DNA of 64,000 nt from assembly GCF_030028105.1 (NCBI RefSeq), contig NC_092375.1:70655130-70719129 (forward strand), given 5' to 3'. The DNA comes from Mobula birostris. Its lineage: Eukaryota. The position numbers were made by a program, and so were the translations under genes. Below are positions 51,878 through 64,000 of the stretch, one piece after another (position 1 is the stretch's first letter; every line of letters begins with the position of its first letter). The notes below the pieces were generated by a model. The model was given only the letters and a program-made list of their open reading frames with translations. It ran no database searches and was not told the origin of the DNA.

Positions 51878-52514
51878 TGTACCTCTTCCTATAGATGCTG
51901 CCTGGCCTGCTGCATTCACCAGCATTTTTTGTGTGCGTGGCATGCAGGGTGGTGACATTTTACCTGCAGCTCCTCTTAAACTGAGCTACTATCTTTGTGT
52001 CATTCTGTTGTTCTGTATTTATCATTGTATTCATTTTTACCTCGTATACTGTTTACTTTGTGAGCTTCATGAGGGTCATGGAATTTCATTGCACCCTGGT
52101 TCTATATGACACTAAACTAATAAACAAATCTGAATTGATTAAAACAAATCTTTAACTATATAGATTTGTCCCGTCTTAATGAGGGGTCTCAGCTCAAAAC
52201 ATCAGTTGTTTATTCCTTTTCATAGATGCTGCCTGACCTGTTGAGTTCCTCCAGTGTTTTGTGTCTGTTACTCTGGATTTCCAGCATCTGCAGAATCTCT
52301 CTTGTTTTTAAATATTCATGCTCTTCATGTAATGAATAAGTGTTTGTTAATGCAAAAGGCACACAAGTTGCCTGTTACTTATTAGTTATCAACAACTCAT
52401 TGAGTAAATAAAAAATGTAACTTAGGAGACAAGAGACTGAAGATGCAGTTGTGATTTACCTTGGTAATAATATTTCTGTTTGTTTTTAATTTCTATTTTG
52501 CCCTCTCCTCTCAG

Positions 52515-52745
52515 GAGTATGACCGCAGAGTTCGAGAAGCAATTCAACAGGCATTTGAGTCACTCATTCTTCAGGTGAAGCGAAATTTAGCACCTTATTT
52601 GAAGAGTATTATGGGACATTGGCTTATTGCTCAGTGTGATACCTATGGTCCAGCAGCCTCCGCAGCAAAAGTGGCATTTCAAGTCGCTTTTCCTCCAAAT
52701 AAACAATCAGAGGCCGTGGCTTTTTGTAAAGAGGAAATTATGAGT
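52515..52745 (+). CDS. LTN1: Listerin exon 4
   Basis: [44 protein letters not shown]...EEIMS; AG acceptor and GTAAGT donor; 231 nt. Confidence 0.96.
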
Positions 52746-53764
52746 GTAAGTTTTAAAAAAAAACACTTCTAATGCATACCACATAGGATTTAAACAAATT
52801 TTCTGTTTTTGAGAGTTTGTGGCTTCTATCATGACTCGTAATCATTGTACTTTGTGTAATGGTTTTTCTGTGCATTAAGGTTAAATACTTCACACCACAG
52901 GGCAATGGTATAATTTAATCCACTTAATGTTTCAATTTCATGATTAAGGTTTCCTTGCTTTATTGGGTTGTTAATTCTTGTGCGAAGTAAATTTAAGGAT
53001 TGAAAATTTGAATCGTTGTGGTGTAAGCATACAATTTGATCCCAAATTATGAACCTAACAGCAGAACAATCAAAATAATTGGTAACCAACAAAATGGGCA
53101 ACATAGGCCCTTTTTTATAATGCAAGAAACGGCCTGCCCAAATTTAAACCCCCATAAGCGGCAACATGATTCCAATTAGATAATCTACTAGTCTTGTCAT
53201 TCTTGGGATACTGTATATACCAGTTCTCTGTGAATAAAGCCCTGCTGCTCATTGACAATATGTCATTAGATCTCTTTAACTTCTCATGCAAAAGAAAAGA
53301 CTTCTATCAGTACAGCAGTCTTAGCATTGTGCTGAGGTGCCACCCAGGAGTTTAGTGCTCAAATCTTTCGAGTATGATTTGATCATGATTGCCCATGTCA
53401 TATGGCACAGCACGTAATGAATAAAATACAAATGTCAGCGGTCCAGCCTTTCCCCAGAACAAAAAAACACCCATTTCGGCCATTGGTCTCATCAACCTTT
53501 GCTCAGATTCAGCTTCATTTATTTTTCACGTGTACATCGAAAAATACAGTGAAATATGTTGTTTGCTTTAACAACCAACACAACTTGCTGGGGGAAGCCT
53601 ACAAGTGGTACCACACATTCACTCACCAACATAGCATGCCCACAATATTCCACAGAACAGTACAAGCAACAACAATGGAAACACAACAACAGCAAAACAA
53701 GCCCTTTTCACTGTTCAGCACGCATGCACGTATACTTCTTCGGTTGTCCTTGGAAATCCAATGA

Positions 53765-55445
53765 CGACGTCTACTCCTTTAATGGTGAGATCTTTGATGA
53801 CTATACAATCCTATCCTGGACCCACAAGCTCTATTGTAGGTGGGATATGTATATGTGGTAGTGGTGGCAACCATGGCTGCATTTCTCCTGGCTCTCTTCT
53901 GTTTTGTGGTTGTGCTTTCCATCTCCAGAATACGAATCCTGTCCCTACACAGCTGTCGCCAAGTGCTACGGTCAGCAGCAACATCCTCCAGGTCCTCGGG
54001 TCCGATCTCGCACTTCACCCGATCCTTATAGCGCTTCTTCGGCCCTCCAGCTGAGCGTCGACCATGCTGTAGCTGGCCGTATAACACTCTGTGGGGTAGC
54101 TGACATGGGGGCATCCTTATCACGTGCCCCAGCCCCTGCAGCTGACGCTGGGTGATCATGGCCTCAATACTCCTGCAGTTGGTCTTTACAAGTATTTCAA
54201 TGTGAGGCACTCGCTCACGTCAGGTAATTCCCAGGATGCGCTGGAGGCAGCTTATGTGGAAGTGCTCCAAGATGTGACGGCTGTAGGTTACCCAAATAAA
54301 GGCATCCGTTAGTCTTGCGAGACCATGGGTCTGCTCCTGGAAAGTCTTCACTCTCCAGGGTGCAGGCCTGGCCAAGGTTTTATGGAAGACCAGCAGTTGC
54401 CCACGCTGCAAGTCTCCCCTCTCCATGGCACCAATGTTGCATTAGGACCCATACAGCTTGGCACCATTGTCGTCGCAGAGCAATTAAGTGTTTGCCTTAT
54501 TGCCTTGTTGCCAAGGCACATGTTGCCTTGGCTGGGGCTCGAACTCACGACCTTCAGGTTGCTAGTCCAATGCCTTAACCACTTGGCCACGTGCCCACAC
54601 AGGTTACCCAAGCTTCACAGCTATGAAGGAGGGTGGTGACGCAGACCGCTTGGTATACGGTGACCTTTGTGGAGGGACGAAGGCTCCCGTTCTGAAAGAC
54701 TCTACGTCGAAGTCTCCCAAATGCAGCTGATGCCTGTTTATTGCGGCTCTGGATGTCGTTGTCAATGCTGCTATCCTCAGAGAGAATGCTCCTCAGCCAT
54801 TTGAAAGATGGCACTATTGGCAGCTTTTCATCACCAACAGTGAAGGCAGGTCGAGTGGGTGGGACACTGGTACTCCAATGGCAAACCACTTCTGTCTTGG
54901 TGGTATTGACAGTCAGCCCCATCCTGCTGTACGCTCTCACCGCCACAGCAGGGACAGTCTGAAGATCCTCCGGAGTATGGGCCACAAGAGCACAGTTGTC
55001 TGCATACTGCAGCTCCAGGACCCACTCTCTATGGAGTTTGATGGTTGTATGGAGCCTCCTGATGTCAAAGACGTTGCCATCTAATCTGACATCCACTGCC
55101 ACACCGCTGCTGTCTTCAATCTCGGTGTGGAGAAGCTTGGTAGCACACAAGAGGAAGATGTTAAAAAGCATTGGTGCTAGCACACACCCCTGCCTCACCC
55201 CTGTGCGTACAAGGAAGGGCTCGGACTCTTGTCTCCTATGGTCACCCGAGCAATCAACCCATCATGGAACTAGCGGAGGATGTTAACAAATTTATTGGGA
55301 CAGCCAAACCAAAGGGGGATATCCCATAAGAGCTCTCTTTGCACAGTGTCAAGTGCTTTAGAGAGGTTGACAAAGGTCATAAACAGGTCCTGATATTGCT
55401 CCCAGCACTTCTGCTGAAGCTGCCGGGCTGTGAAGAATTTGTCGA
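53765..55445 (-). mobile_element. RTE-clade LINE, 5'-truncated and decayed
   Basis: GVRQGCVLAP.LFNIF, ELQYADN, GLTVNTTKTEV, ASAAFGRL...TKVTVYQAVCVTTLL, GHVIRM...GGPKKRYKD, and C-terminal SRIGLYSHQRSH. Confidence 0.92.
54296..54600 (-). mobile_element. tRNA-derived SINE nested in the RTE LINE, 11-bp TSD
   Basis: Head GTGGCCAAGTGGTTAAGGC...GAGTTCGAGCC. TSD aggttacccaa at 54285-54295 and 54601-54611. Confidence 0.9.
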
Positions 55446-55709
55446 TCTACACACACGCACACGGTTGGGGGTGGGATTGGTGTTCACCAGACCTCGTCCT
55501 TGCTGGTCTTCGTTCACAGAGCTTGCCAGCCCAATATCCACCCATGGGTGTCCTTGTAAGGGAAATAAAATTACTATGTGGACACACAAGTATGTTTTAA
55601 CTGGTGGGTTGATTCCTGTTTTTTCAAAGGGCTGAAACTATCTTACCTTGTTCCAGCCAATCCTGATTCATTCCACGCTCACCTGATAGGTAACTTCCTT
55701 GCTTAATTA

Positions 55710-57249
55710 CAAGTGTCCCCCACTTTTGGAACATTCGCTTTACGACACCTCGCTGTTATGAAAGACCTACATTAGTTACCTGTTTTTGCTAACTGAGGGT
55801 GTTTTCACCATTACAAAAAAAGGCAGCACGCACCCCGAGCAGCTAAGCTCCTCCCTCGGAACTGCATTCTAGCTGGCATTGCTTAAACACGTGTCTGTGA
55901 GCATCTGTGCATTCTGTCGATTTATTTTCAGCATCTGTTAGCAAGATGAGTTCTAAGGTATCGGAAAAGCCTAAAAGAGCTCATAAGGATGTTACACTTA
56001 GCCTAAAACTAGACATAATTAAGCATTTCGATCGTGGTGAACGAAGTAAGGACAAAGTGAGTTTGGCTTATGGAAGTTGACAACGATGATGTTGAAGAGG
56101 TTTTGGCATCCCATGACCAAGAACTGATAAATGAAAAGCTGATGCAATTGGAAGAGGAAAGGATAATAATCAAAATCGAATGCAGTAGCAAATGTACCGA
56201 AAGTGAAGTCGTCCAGGAACTGAACATGAAGCAACTGCGTGAGATTTTCGCTGCAATGTTTGCAGAAAAGTACAACTTTAATTTTGAAAGGGTACTAGGT
56301 TTAGGGCATATTTGCAGGGTGGTTTGAGTGCTTACAAAGAACTGTATGATAGAAAAATGTGCGATGCTAAGCAGTCAAGCATACTGTTGTTTTTCAAGCC
56401 TTCCACATCAGCCACAGCAGACGACGAACCTCGACCTTCGACATCGAGGCAGGCAGACATAGAAGAAGATGACCTGCCTGCCCTGATGGAAACAGACGAC
56501 GATGAGATGACACCCCAGTGTCCCACTACCCCAACCCCCGGGCCGCAGACCGATAACTGGCTGCGAAGAATGCAGCAGTGCAGCAGTAATTGCATCGCCT
56601 CTGATCAGGACTGACATTTATGTGCCAGGCGGCACCTAATTAATTAGCTTGTTTATTACGGCTTCTTTCTTAAAGGTGTGCTGGGTGCATCCCGGCAACC
56701 GCTGCATGCTTCGCAGCAATGTATCAGTCCGCGGCCTGGAGGTTGGGGTCCACTGCACCACCCCAACCTCCGATGACTCAGCCTAACACACCATCATCAG
56801 TGTGCTCGGCGCTGTCTTCCCGATTCCGGTCAGTGGTACTACACTGTACATACATTATTTCTACTTTATATAGGGTGTGTATTTTTATGTGTTATTTGGT
56901 ATGATTTGGCAGCTTCATAGCTTAAAGGTTACTGGAGAGAGTGTTTCTGCCGAGAGCACCTACGTGAGATTTTTGCTACGGTGGACAGTTCGGCAATGAT
57001 TGTAGAAAAGTATTTCTACTTTATATAGGCTGTGTATTTATCATATCATTCCTGCTTTTACTATATGCTACTGTTATTTTAGGTTTTATGTGTTATTTGG
57101 CATGATTTGGTAGGTCAGTTTTTGGGTCTGCGAACGCTCACAAATTTTTCCCATATAAATAAATGGTAATTGCTTCTTTGCTTTACAACATTCCGGCTTA
57201 CGAACTGTTTCATAGGAATGCTCTACCTTCAGATGGCAGGGGAAACCTG
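55710..57249 (+). mobile_element. Internally deleted Tigger/pogo DNA transposon
   Basis: TA flanks at 55708-09 and 57250-51 and imperfect TIRs caagtgtccccc...ggggaaacctg. N-terminal MSSKVSEKPKRAHKDVTLSLKLDIIKHFDRGE (HTH, from 55946) is joined to TIGD1-like C-terminal EVDNDDVEEVLASHDQELINEKLMQLEEE; the DDE core is absent. Confidence 0.85.
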
Positions 57250-57401
57250 TATTTAGTGATATTTTTTCTCCTCATTCATATACAACTTGGTTTCCAAGCC
57301 TTTTTTGTAAGATTGGAACAATTTCATTGTTGAAATCCTTTATCAAGCTTCATATTGTAGGATTTTTTTGGTAATTATAGTTGTATTTCCCTGTTTTACA
57401 G

Positions 57402-57454
57402 ACTCTGTATGATAACATCACGAAGGAGACTCCTGAGACTCTCAGTGACCCACA
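57402..57454 (+). CDS. LTN1: Listerin exon 5
   Basis: TLYDNITKETPETLSDP(Q); ttttacAG acceptor and GTAGGT donor; 53 nt. Confidence 0.92.
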
Positions 57455-57643
57455 GTAGGTTGTTTGTTTTTGGAGACTTTTAAATTTTGCAATAGTCAAT
57501 TAAAGGTGTATTTCTTTAGGAATAGACAAATTATTCAAATTTGTTATTGTGTTAAGTAATTTGTACGTAAATGCTATTTTATACTTGCTAATATTCAATT
57601 TATATAAAAGCCAAAACAGTTCACTATTGCTGTTCAACTTTAG

Positions 57644-57824
57644 GAGTGTTCCAGAAGAAGAAAGGGAAGCCAAATATTTCAGAGTTGTTACCAGTTCACT
57701 CTTGGCTTTGAAGAAGCTATTTGACCTTCTGCCTGAAAATGAGAATATGGTTCTGAAGGACAGACTAATAAAAACTTTATCGCAGTCAAAGTTTTGGAAA
57801 TACTGCAAGCATAAAAATCCACAG
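57644..57824 (+). CDS. LTN1: Listerin exon 6
   Basis: [25 protein letters not shown]...[12 protein letters not shown]; 181 nt, restoring phase 0. Confidence 0.95.
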
Positions 57825-58219
57825 GTTTGATTAATATACTCAGAAATATAGAAAAAAATATGATTGTTAGTGGGTTAAGTTGGTATTGATCTTTTATATG
57901 AGAAAGTGTGGGCTCTTTTGCAGTGTAAGAGTCCTTAACTCACCATGAGCACTGGAGCAGTTCCTGGATGTAGATTACCAAGGGCAATAAGGATTAGCAT
58001 TTTTCCACAGCCTTATCAGCAATGCCTATATCCTAAAAACTAAAAAAAATAGAATAAACAAAATTAAAAAGTTCTTGACACCACAACTCCTGACACAGTT
58101 TAGAACAACACTGCAAGTTGTAGGGCCTATTCCTATGCTGTACGGTTCCGTGTTGTATAAGCAAATCATGAATAATCTACTTGGAATTCAAAAGCAGAGG
58201 TCTTCCTTAACTAATTGTA

Positions 58220-59160
58220 TTGAACTTCTCTGAAGGGGTAATACAGAGTAGGCAGTTGTACAATGCTGTTAAGTGTATTTTTTCTAGATTTTCAAAAGGT
58301 CATCAAAAAGTTAAACTATAATAGATTAACAAATAAAATCAGAAAATATGAAGTGAGGGAGAAATGATGAATGTTTCTACTAGCTTTAAGTCAGGAAGCA
58401 GAGAGTGGGAGTAAATGACAGCTATTCACAGTGAAAATAGGTGGGTTGCAGTATTCCACTAGGATCAGCACAGGGATCATTGATATCCACAATTTCCACT
58501 CATAATTTGAGTTTGAAGTTGTGAAAACAATTTCTAAATTTGCAAATGATAATACATGGTGAGTTGGGGTGGTGTTTGTAGGTGTGATATGGCTAATTGG
58601 TAGTGAGGAATCTTTAGTAGATTATAGAAAGACATTACAAAATTTACAGAATGTGCAAATAATAAGCAGGTGAGGTAAATGTGAATTAGTATGGTATAGT
58701 TTGGTAGGAGTAGTGAGGTCACAATGGATATTTGGATAGTTGTATCTACATGGATAGCAGGACAAAAGAGCACTGAAGTACAGTTACATTATTTTCTAGT
58801 TATGGCATGGGTCATAGAGTCTATACATAGAGCAAACCGAGCTCCAGGGTTTGTTTATGGAGGGAAAGGTTTGGAAAGTAAAGCACTTATGCTAGATCTT
58901 ATGCATGTATCAAACCGTGGTTTGCCACAACTTGTATACAGCTCAGCTTGTCATTTCTTTTGGCAAAGGAGGCAATGGAGAGGGTGTATTTTAAAAAAAG
59001 AGAAGAAAGAAAAAAAATGCCAGAAGTGCAAAGGATTACTTAACAGGACAGGAGAAATGAGTAACCGGAATCTCTTTTCATTATAATAGTTGACCTATTT
59101 GAGGTCTTTTTAAGAATGAAAGATTTTGATAGCATGGGGAAAAGATGTTTTTGCTGATGG
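58220..59160 (+). mobile_element. Very old CR1-like RT remnant
   Basis: Decayed equivalents of LDFQK, GSxLG and SKFADD motifs. Confidence 0.6.
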
Positions 59161-59387
59161 TGATAGTATGGAAATCAGTCTTCCTGAAGCAGGCAAACTA
59201 ATGATACACAAGAATTTGCTTTTTTTAAAAAGCTCCATTTACATTGGTGTAACTTGAAGACTTCAAATTAATATTGTTGAATACTTGATCCTTGGTTTAA
59301 TTCAATTGTTTTATGATCTGTATAAATATTAATATTTTATATTAACAGTGCAAAACCAAGTTTCTGCTGCTTTCTTTAATTTGCTAG

Positions 59388-59561
59388 ATCCGATCAGCTT
59401 TCTTCGAACTGATTATTGGTTTTTGCCAACATTTCCCTGAGCTGTTGAAATCTGAAGCTGCAAAAGTCAGTCCAGCTGTGCTGCTGAGCATAGATGATAT
59501 GGATCCAGTGGTATGCCCTTCTGTCTGGGCAGCAGCACTTCATGTGCTCAGCTGCATTGAG
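59388..59561 (+). CDS. LTN1: Listerin exon 7
   Basis: [58 protein letters not shown]; AG acceptor and GTAAAG donor; 174 nt. Confidence 0.95.
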
Positions 59562-60079
59562 GTAAAGTGAAAAGATGGACAGTTTGGATGCAAAGTTGAT
59601 TTTTGTATTTAATACAAAAATAGAGAAGAAATCATGGTGAATGTATTGCTTTGCTGAAGTTATAAGTTCTTTTTTATAAATAATTTGATCTTGGTTAATT
59701 CATCTAATTATGGACAAACAATATTCCTAAGCTTTGACAGTGAAGTTTCCCAGGTCTTCTGTTCCTGAATAATGCTGTGACCAGCTGATATTACTTGCTT
59801 ATGGATAGCAAATGACAATAGTATCGTAATCGACCTGTAATCTCTCATTGGACCTGCAGGCTGCTGGCATTCTATAAACATTTAACAAGGTACCAAGCAC
59901 CTTCCCTAATCCTCACCTATTCCTAGTTCCAAACTCAATTTTCTCCACTTTTTCTCCCATTTCCACTTCTTTGTGTCCAAATAACTCACCACCTGTTCCC
60001 TCATTCATTACTTTATTACCCATATTCCCAGCTACCATTTGGCTTGGAAAATGGGATACCTTTAGAGTGACTTTTCAAA

Positions 60080-61440
60080 CAGTATAGTACAGGAACAGGT
60101 CCTTTGGCCCACAATGTCTGCCAACTACATTGCCAATTTGAACTAATCCCACCTGTCTGCACATTGTGTATACCCCTCTATTCCCTGCCTGTTCATTTGC
60201 TTGTCTGAATACCTCTTAAAAGTTACTTGCACCATTTCTTGCACATTCTGTAAATTGTAGGCAACTACCATTCTTGGTGAATCAAAAAATAAAACGTTTC
60301 TTATAAATCCCATTTAAACTTTCCCCCTCTCACCTTAATGCTATACCCTTTCGTATTTAACATTTCTTTCCTGGGAGAAAGATTCCGACTGCCTACACTA
60401 TTTTCATAATTTAATAAATTTTGATCAGGTCACTATTCAAAGTACAAGTTCAAAGAAAATTTATTATCAATGATTTATTATCAATGTGTATATACTATAT
60501 ATGACACCATGTACAACCCTGAGATTAATTTTCTTGTGGACAATCACAATAAATAATATCAATGACAGTCCACACCCAACAGGATGGACAAACAACCAAC
60601 GTGTAAAAGACAAGAAGCTAGTCCTCCAGTGCTCCAATGAAAACAACCCAAATTTGTCTGACCTCTCTTTACACTCTAATCCAGGCGACATCCTGGTGAA
60701 CTTCTTGTGCATCCTGTGCGAACCCTCCATACTTAGACATTTATATTCAATACCCAAACCCAATGAAGTCAAGTCTGTTGAATGCCATCATTACCATCCT
60801 ATCAACTTGAATTGCCACTTTCAGAGAGCTATGGACTTGCGTGCCTGTATGTTAATGCTTTTAAGGGCACTGCAATTAACTATATACTTTACTCTTGTAT
60901 TATACCTTCCAAAATGCAACAGCTCACTCTTGCCTGGATTAAATTTCATCTGCCAATGCTCTGCTGATATTTCTAACTAATCTAGTTTTCTAATGAACCT
61001 TCCTAGTTTCTACCATTTTTTGTGTGTGTGCAAACTTGCTAATCAACTCAGCTATATTTTTGTCCAATTCCTTCACTTATGTAACAAGCAGCACAGCATA
61101 ATCCTTTTGAAATAGGACATCTGGTTCAGTGGTGCAGCAACAAGTAAGTTCTTCATTGCCCCTCTGCATGCATGTGCTTGTTCATATGACAATAGACTCA
61201 GTTTTGACCACTTGTAACTTCCTCCCAGACAGAATAATGTGCCTCCATCAGCACTCTCTGTCTTGTATGGCCAAGCAATTTTGAATCCAATCTATTAAAT
61301 CTCCAGATATCCCATGAGGGACCTTGTTGAAAGGTCTACTGAAGTCTATGTATACAACATTCACTGTCATCAATCATCTTCATCACTTCTTTGAAAAGTT
61401 CAATCGTTCGTAATATGTGACCTCTCATGCACCAAGTCAT
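60080..61440 (-). mobile_element. Old CR1 3' fragment with a nested LINE tail (about 60440-60615)
   Basis: CR1 3'-UTR motif aggtcctttggcccacaatg and KKFTRMSPGLE...GLFSLE. Confidence 0.7.
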
Positions 61441-62072
61441 CTGTCTAACACTTGCTTAAGGACTGACATCAGTTTTATCTTTGTTCCTGACAGCTAATTT
61501 GAAATAAATTTAACAGGTTACCACCTCAGAAGTAAAATCTGTAGTCTTACTTCATAGTTCGTAATTTGCCAGCTGCTAGTATTTCAGGATTATTTTGAGA
61601 AGAGCTGCTATGGTGCGCCATTTGATGTCTTGCCACTGTGCAGGCAATACTACAGGAATCCAGAATGCTTTGGGTAACAAGGTAGTCCCTCAGAATCCAC
61701 AGAAAAGGAACTTTGGAAACAATGACCCTGGGCAGTAAGGTTGATGCAGTAGGATTCAGATCAGTGAAAATTGCAGGGAATCTGCAGCAAGTTTCTATGA
61801 AGAATGTTGGAAAAGGCCTATATAATGATTCTCTTCTGTTTCACATATTGCAGGTAATTTGGAATTATCATTTATTTGGAGTGCAGGAGGGGAAAACCAG
61901 GAACACAGTTCTTGTCCTTGATTTAAACAATAGAAATAATGTGAGATGATGTATGCATTTTTAAAAGCCATCAAATTTAAAATCCTGTACATGAACTAAT
62001 ACTGACATAGTCCTTTTCAGCCTTGGAGTGATTTTTTTTTTTAACTGCCTGTGTTTTTAATGTTTCTATTAG

Positions 62073-62263
62073 GATTGTTGGACCCATGTAAATGCAAAAA
62101 AAGGAGTTTTACCAAAATTATGGACGGTACTTAAAGAAGGTGGTCGTGGCCTTGCTACTGTGATCTATCCAAATCTTTTACCATTTTTTAGCAAATTACC
62201 AGACGAAATAATTGTACCAAAGATGGAATTTTTTACCACTTTCTTCAGCACCTGTGCTAAGGG
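62073..62263 (+). CDS. LTN1: Listerin exon 8 (gene continues beyond the window)
   Basis: [43 protein letters not shown]...; AG acceptor and GTATGT donor; 191 nt. Confidence 0.95.
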
Positions 62264-62605
62264 GTATGTTTTTTTTTATTATTCCAACACTCTATTGTGA
62301 TGCAGCTGCTTAGTTTGAGGCTTTTCTTTGTAAACTATGTTATAATTAAAACTGTAAGGCCTGGAATACATATACATGGAAAAGACGATTATATAGATGA
62401 AGAATGAGGACAATTTTCTTGTTGAAATATCAGATGTAGATTCCTCAATCTAATAAATGTGTTAAAAGCAACATAATAAGTATTTTTTTGTGTCGGACAA
62501 GTGAGAAAATTACAGGATTACAGATGAAAAACAACATGGTTGCTCTTTCAGAGAGCAAGCACAGAAGTGGCAGAGCAAATAGCATCCTTTGCTCTAAGTT
62601 TCAGT

Positions 62606-64000
62606 CAACACACATAAAAATTGCTGGTGAACGCAGCAGGCCAGACAGCATCTACAGGAAGAGGTACAGTTGACGTTTCGGGCCAAGACCCTTCGTCAGG
62701 ACTAACTGAAAGAAGGGATAGTAAGAGATTTGAAAGTGGGAGGGGGCGATCCAAAATGATAGGAGAAGACAGGAGGGGGAAGGGATGGAGCTAAGAGCTG
62801 AGAAGTTGATTGGCAAAAGGGATATGAGAGGATCATGGGACAGGAAGCCGAGGGAGAAAGGAAGGGGAAGGGGGGACGCCCAGAGGATGGGCAAGGAGTA
62901 TAGTGAGAGGGACAGAGGGGGAAAAAAAAGGAGAGAGAAAAAAGAAATTAATAATAATAATAAATAAATAAATAACAGATGGGGTACGAAGGGGAGGTGG
63001 GGCATTAACGGAAGTTAGAGAAGTCAATGTTCATGCCATCAGGTTGGAGGCTACCTAGGCGGAATATCAGGTGTTGTTCCTCCAGCCTGAGTGTGGCTTC
63101 ATTTTGACAGTAGAGGAGGCCGTGGATAGACATATCAGAATGGGAATGGGACGTGGAATTAAAATGTGTGGCCACTGGGAGATCCTGCTTTCTCTGGTGG
63201 ACAGAGTGTAGGTGTTCAGCGAAACAGTCTCCCAGCCTGCGTCGGGTCTCGCCAATATATAGAAGGCCACATCAGGAGCACCGGACGCAGTATATCACCC
63301 CAGTCGACTCACAGGTGAAGTGGCGCCTCACCTGGAAGGACTGTCTGGGGCCCTGAATGGTGGTGAGGGAGGAAGTGTAAGGGCATGTGTAGCACTTGTT
63401 CCACTTACAAGGATTATTACCGGGAGGGAGATTGGTGGGAAGGGATGGTGGGGAGGAATGGACAAGGGAGTTGTGCAGGGAGTGATCCCTGCAGAAAGCA
63501 GGGGGGAGGGGAAAGGTGTGCTTAGTGGTGAGATCCCGTTGGAGGTGGCGGAAGTTACGGAGAATAATATGTTGGACCCAGAGGCTGATGGGGTGGTAGG
63601 TGAGGACCAGGGGAACCCTATTCCTAGTGGGGTGGCGGGAGGATGGAGTGAGAGCAGATGTGCATGAAATGGGGGAGATGCGTTTGAGAGCAGAGTTGAT
63701 GGTGGAGGAAGGGAAGCCCCTTTCTTTAAAAAAGGAGGACATCTCCCTCGTCCTGGAATGAAAAGCCTCATCCTGAGAGCAGATGCGGCAGAGATGGAGG
63801 AATTGCGAGAAGGGGATGGCATTTTTGCAAGAGACAGGGTGAGAAGAGGAATAGTCCAGATAGCTGTGAGAGTCAGTAGGCTTATAGTAGACATCAGTAG
63901 ATAAGCTGTCTCCAGAGATAGAGACAGAAAGATCTAGAAAGGGGAGGGAGGTGTCGGAAATGGACCAGGTAAACTTGAGGGCAGGGTGAAAGTTGGAGGC
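62606..64000 (-). mobile_element. Penelope-like retroelement (RT C-terminus + GIY-YIG endonuclease + terminal repeat), continues beyond the window
   Basis: FFKERGFP..PLVLTYHP and FTCESTGVIYCVRCS*CGLLYIGETRRRL..F.EH (GIY-YIG, with a premature stop). The terminal repeat carries a hammerhead motif. Confidence 0.92.
62667..62708 (-). ncRNA. Minimal hammerhead ribozyme motif in the Penelope terminal repeat
   Basis: Minus strand CAGUUAGUC-CUGACGA-A-GGG-ucuugg-CCC-GAAA-C-GUC-AACUG. Intact core and ACGU palindrome, with one mismatch at the base of stem I. Confidence 0.7.

Noticed and set aside
54530-54600. tRNA-like sequence (also at about 8060-8125 and 45975-46043)
   Set aside because: These are SINE heads. 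They continue into SINE bodies, two have TSDs, and none shows a complete cloverleaf with acceptor stem.
56070-56614. TIGD1-like ORFs as a domesticated transposase gene
   Set aside because: The DDE core is deleted, the frames are broken, and the sequence sits within TIRs and TA flanks, so it is a non-autonomous element.

Overview
Eukaryotic (vertebrate) genomic DNA, most likely from a cartilaginous fish (ray or shark). That assignment is an inference from the CR1/Rex/Penelope/SINE repertoire and the protein divergence. The window holds the conserved USP16 <- -> RWDD2B -> LTN1 block. USP16 is on the - strand (putative non-coding exon 1 plus coding exons 2-3; the rest lies left of the window). 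RWDD2B is complete on the + strand (4 coding exons, 291 aa). LTN1/listerin has exons 1-8 on the + strand and continues to the right. USP16 and RWDD2B share a compact CpG-rich bidirectional promoter. Introns and intergenic DNA are dense with mostly decayed transposons: CR1, Rex1/Babar-like and RTE LINEs, a Penelope-like element with minimal hammerhead ribozyme motifs, tRNA-derived SINEs, Tc1, Tigger/pogo, a hAT MITE and a non-autonomous Helitron. Highlights: (1) a Helitron with all canonical termini and a 69-nt (23-aa, STPR-like) repeat array; (2) a hAT MITE whose flank+TSD+left-TIR junction has been tandemly amplified 9 times; (3) apparent module swapping between hAT and Tigger elements; (4) Penelope-derived hammerhead motifs, including a palindromic insertion; (5) SINE-derived minisatellites. 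No prokaryotic systems, CRISPR arrays or true tRNA/rRNA genes were found. TE family names come from recalled motifs, not from database searches.
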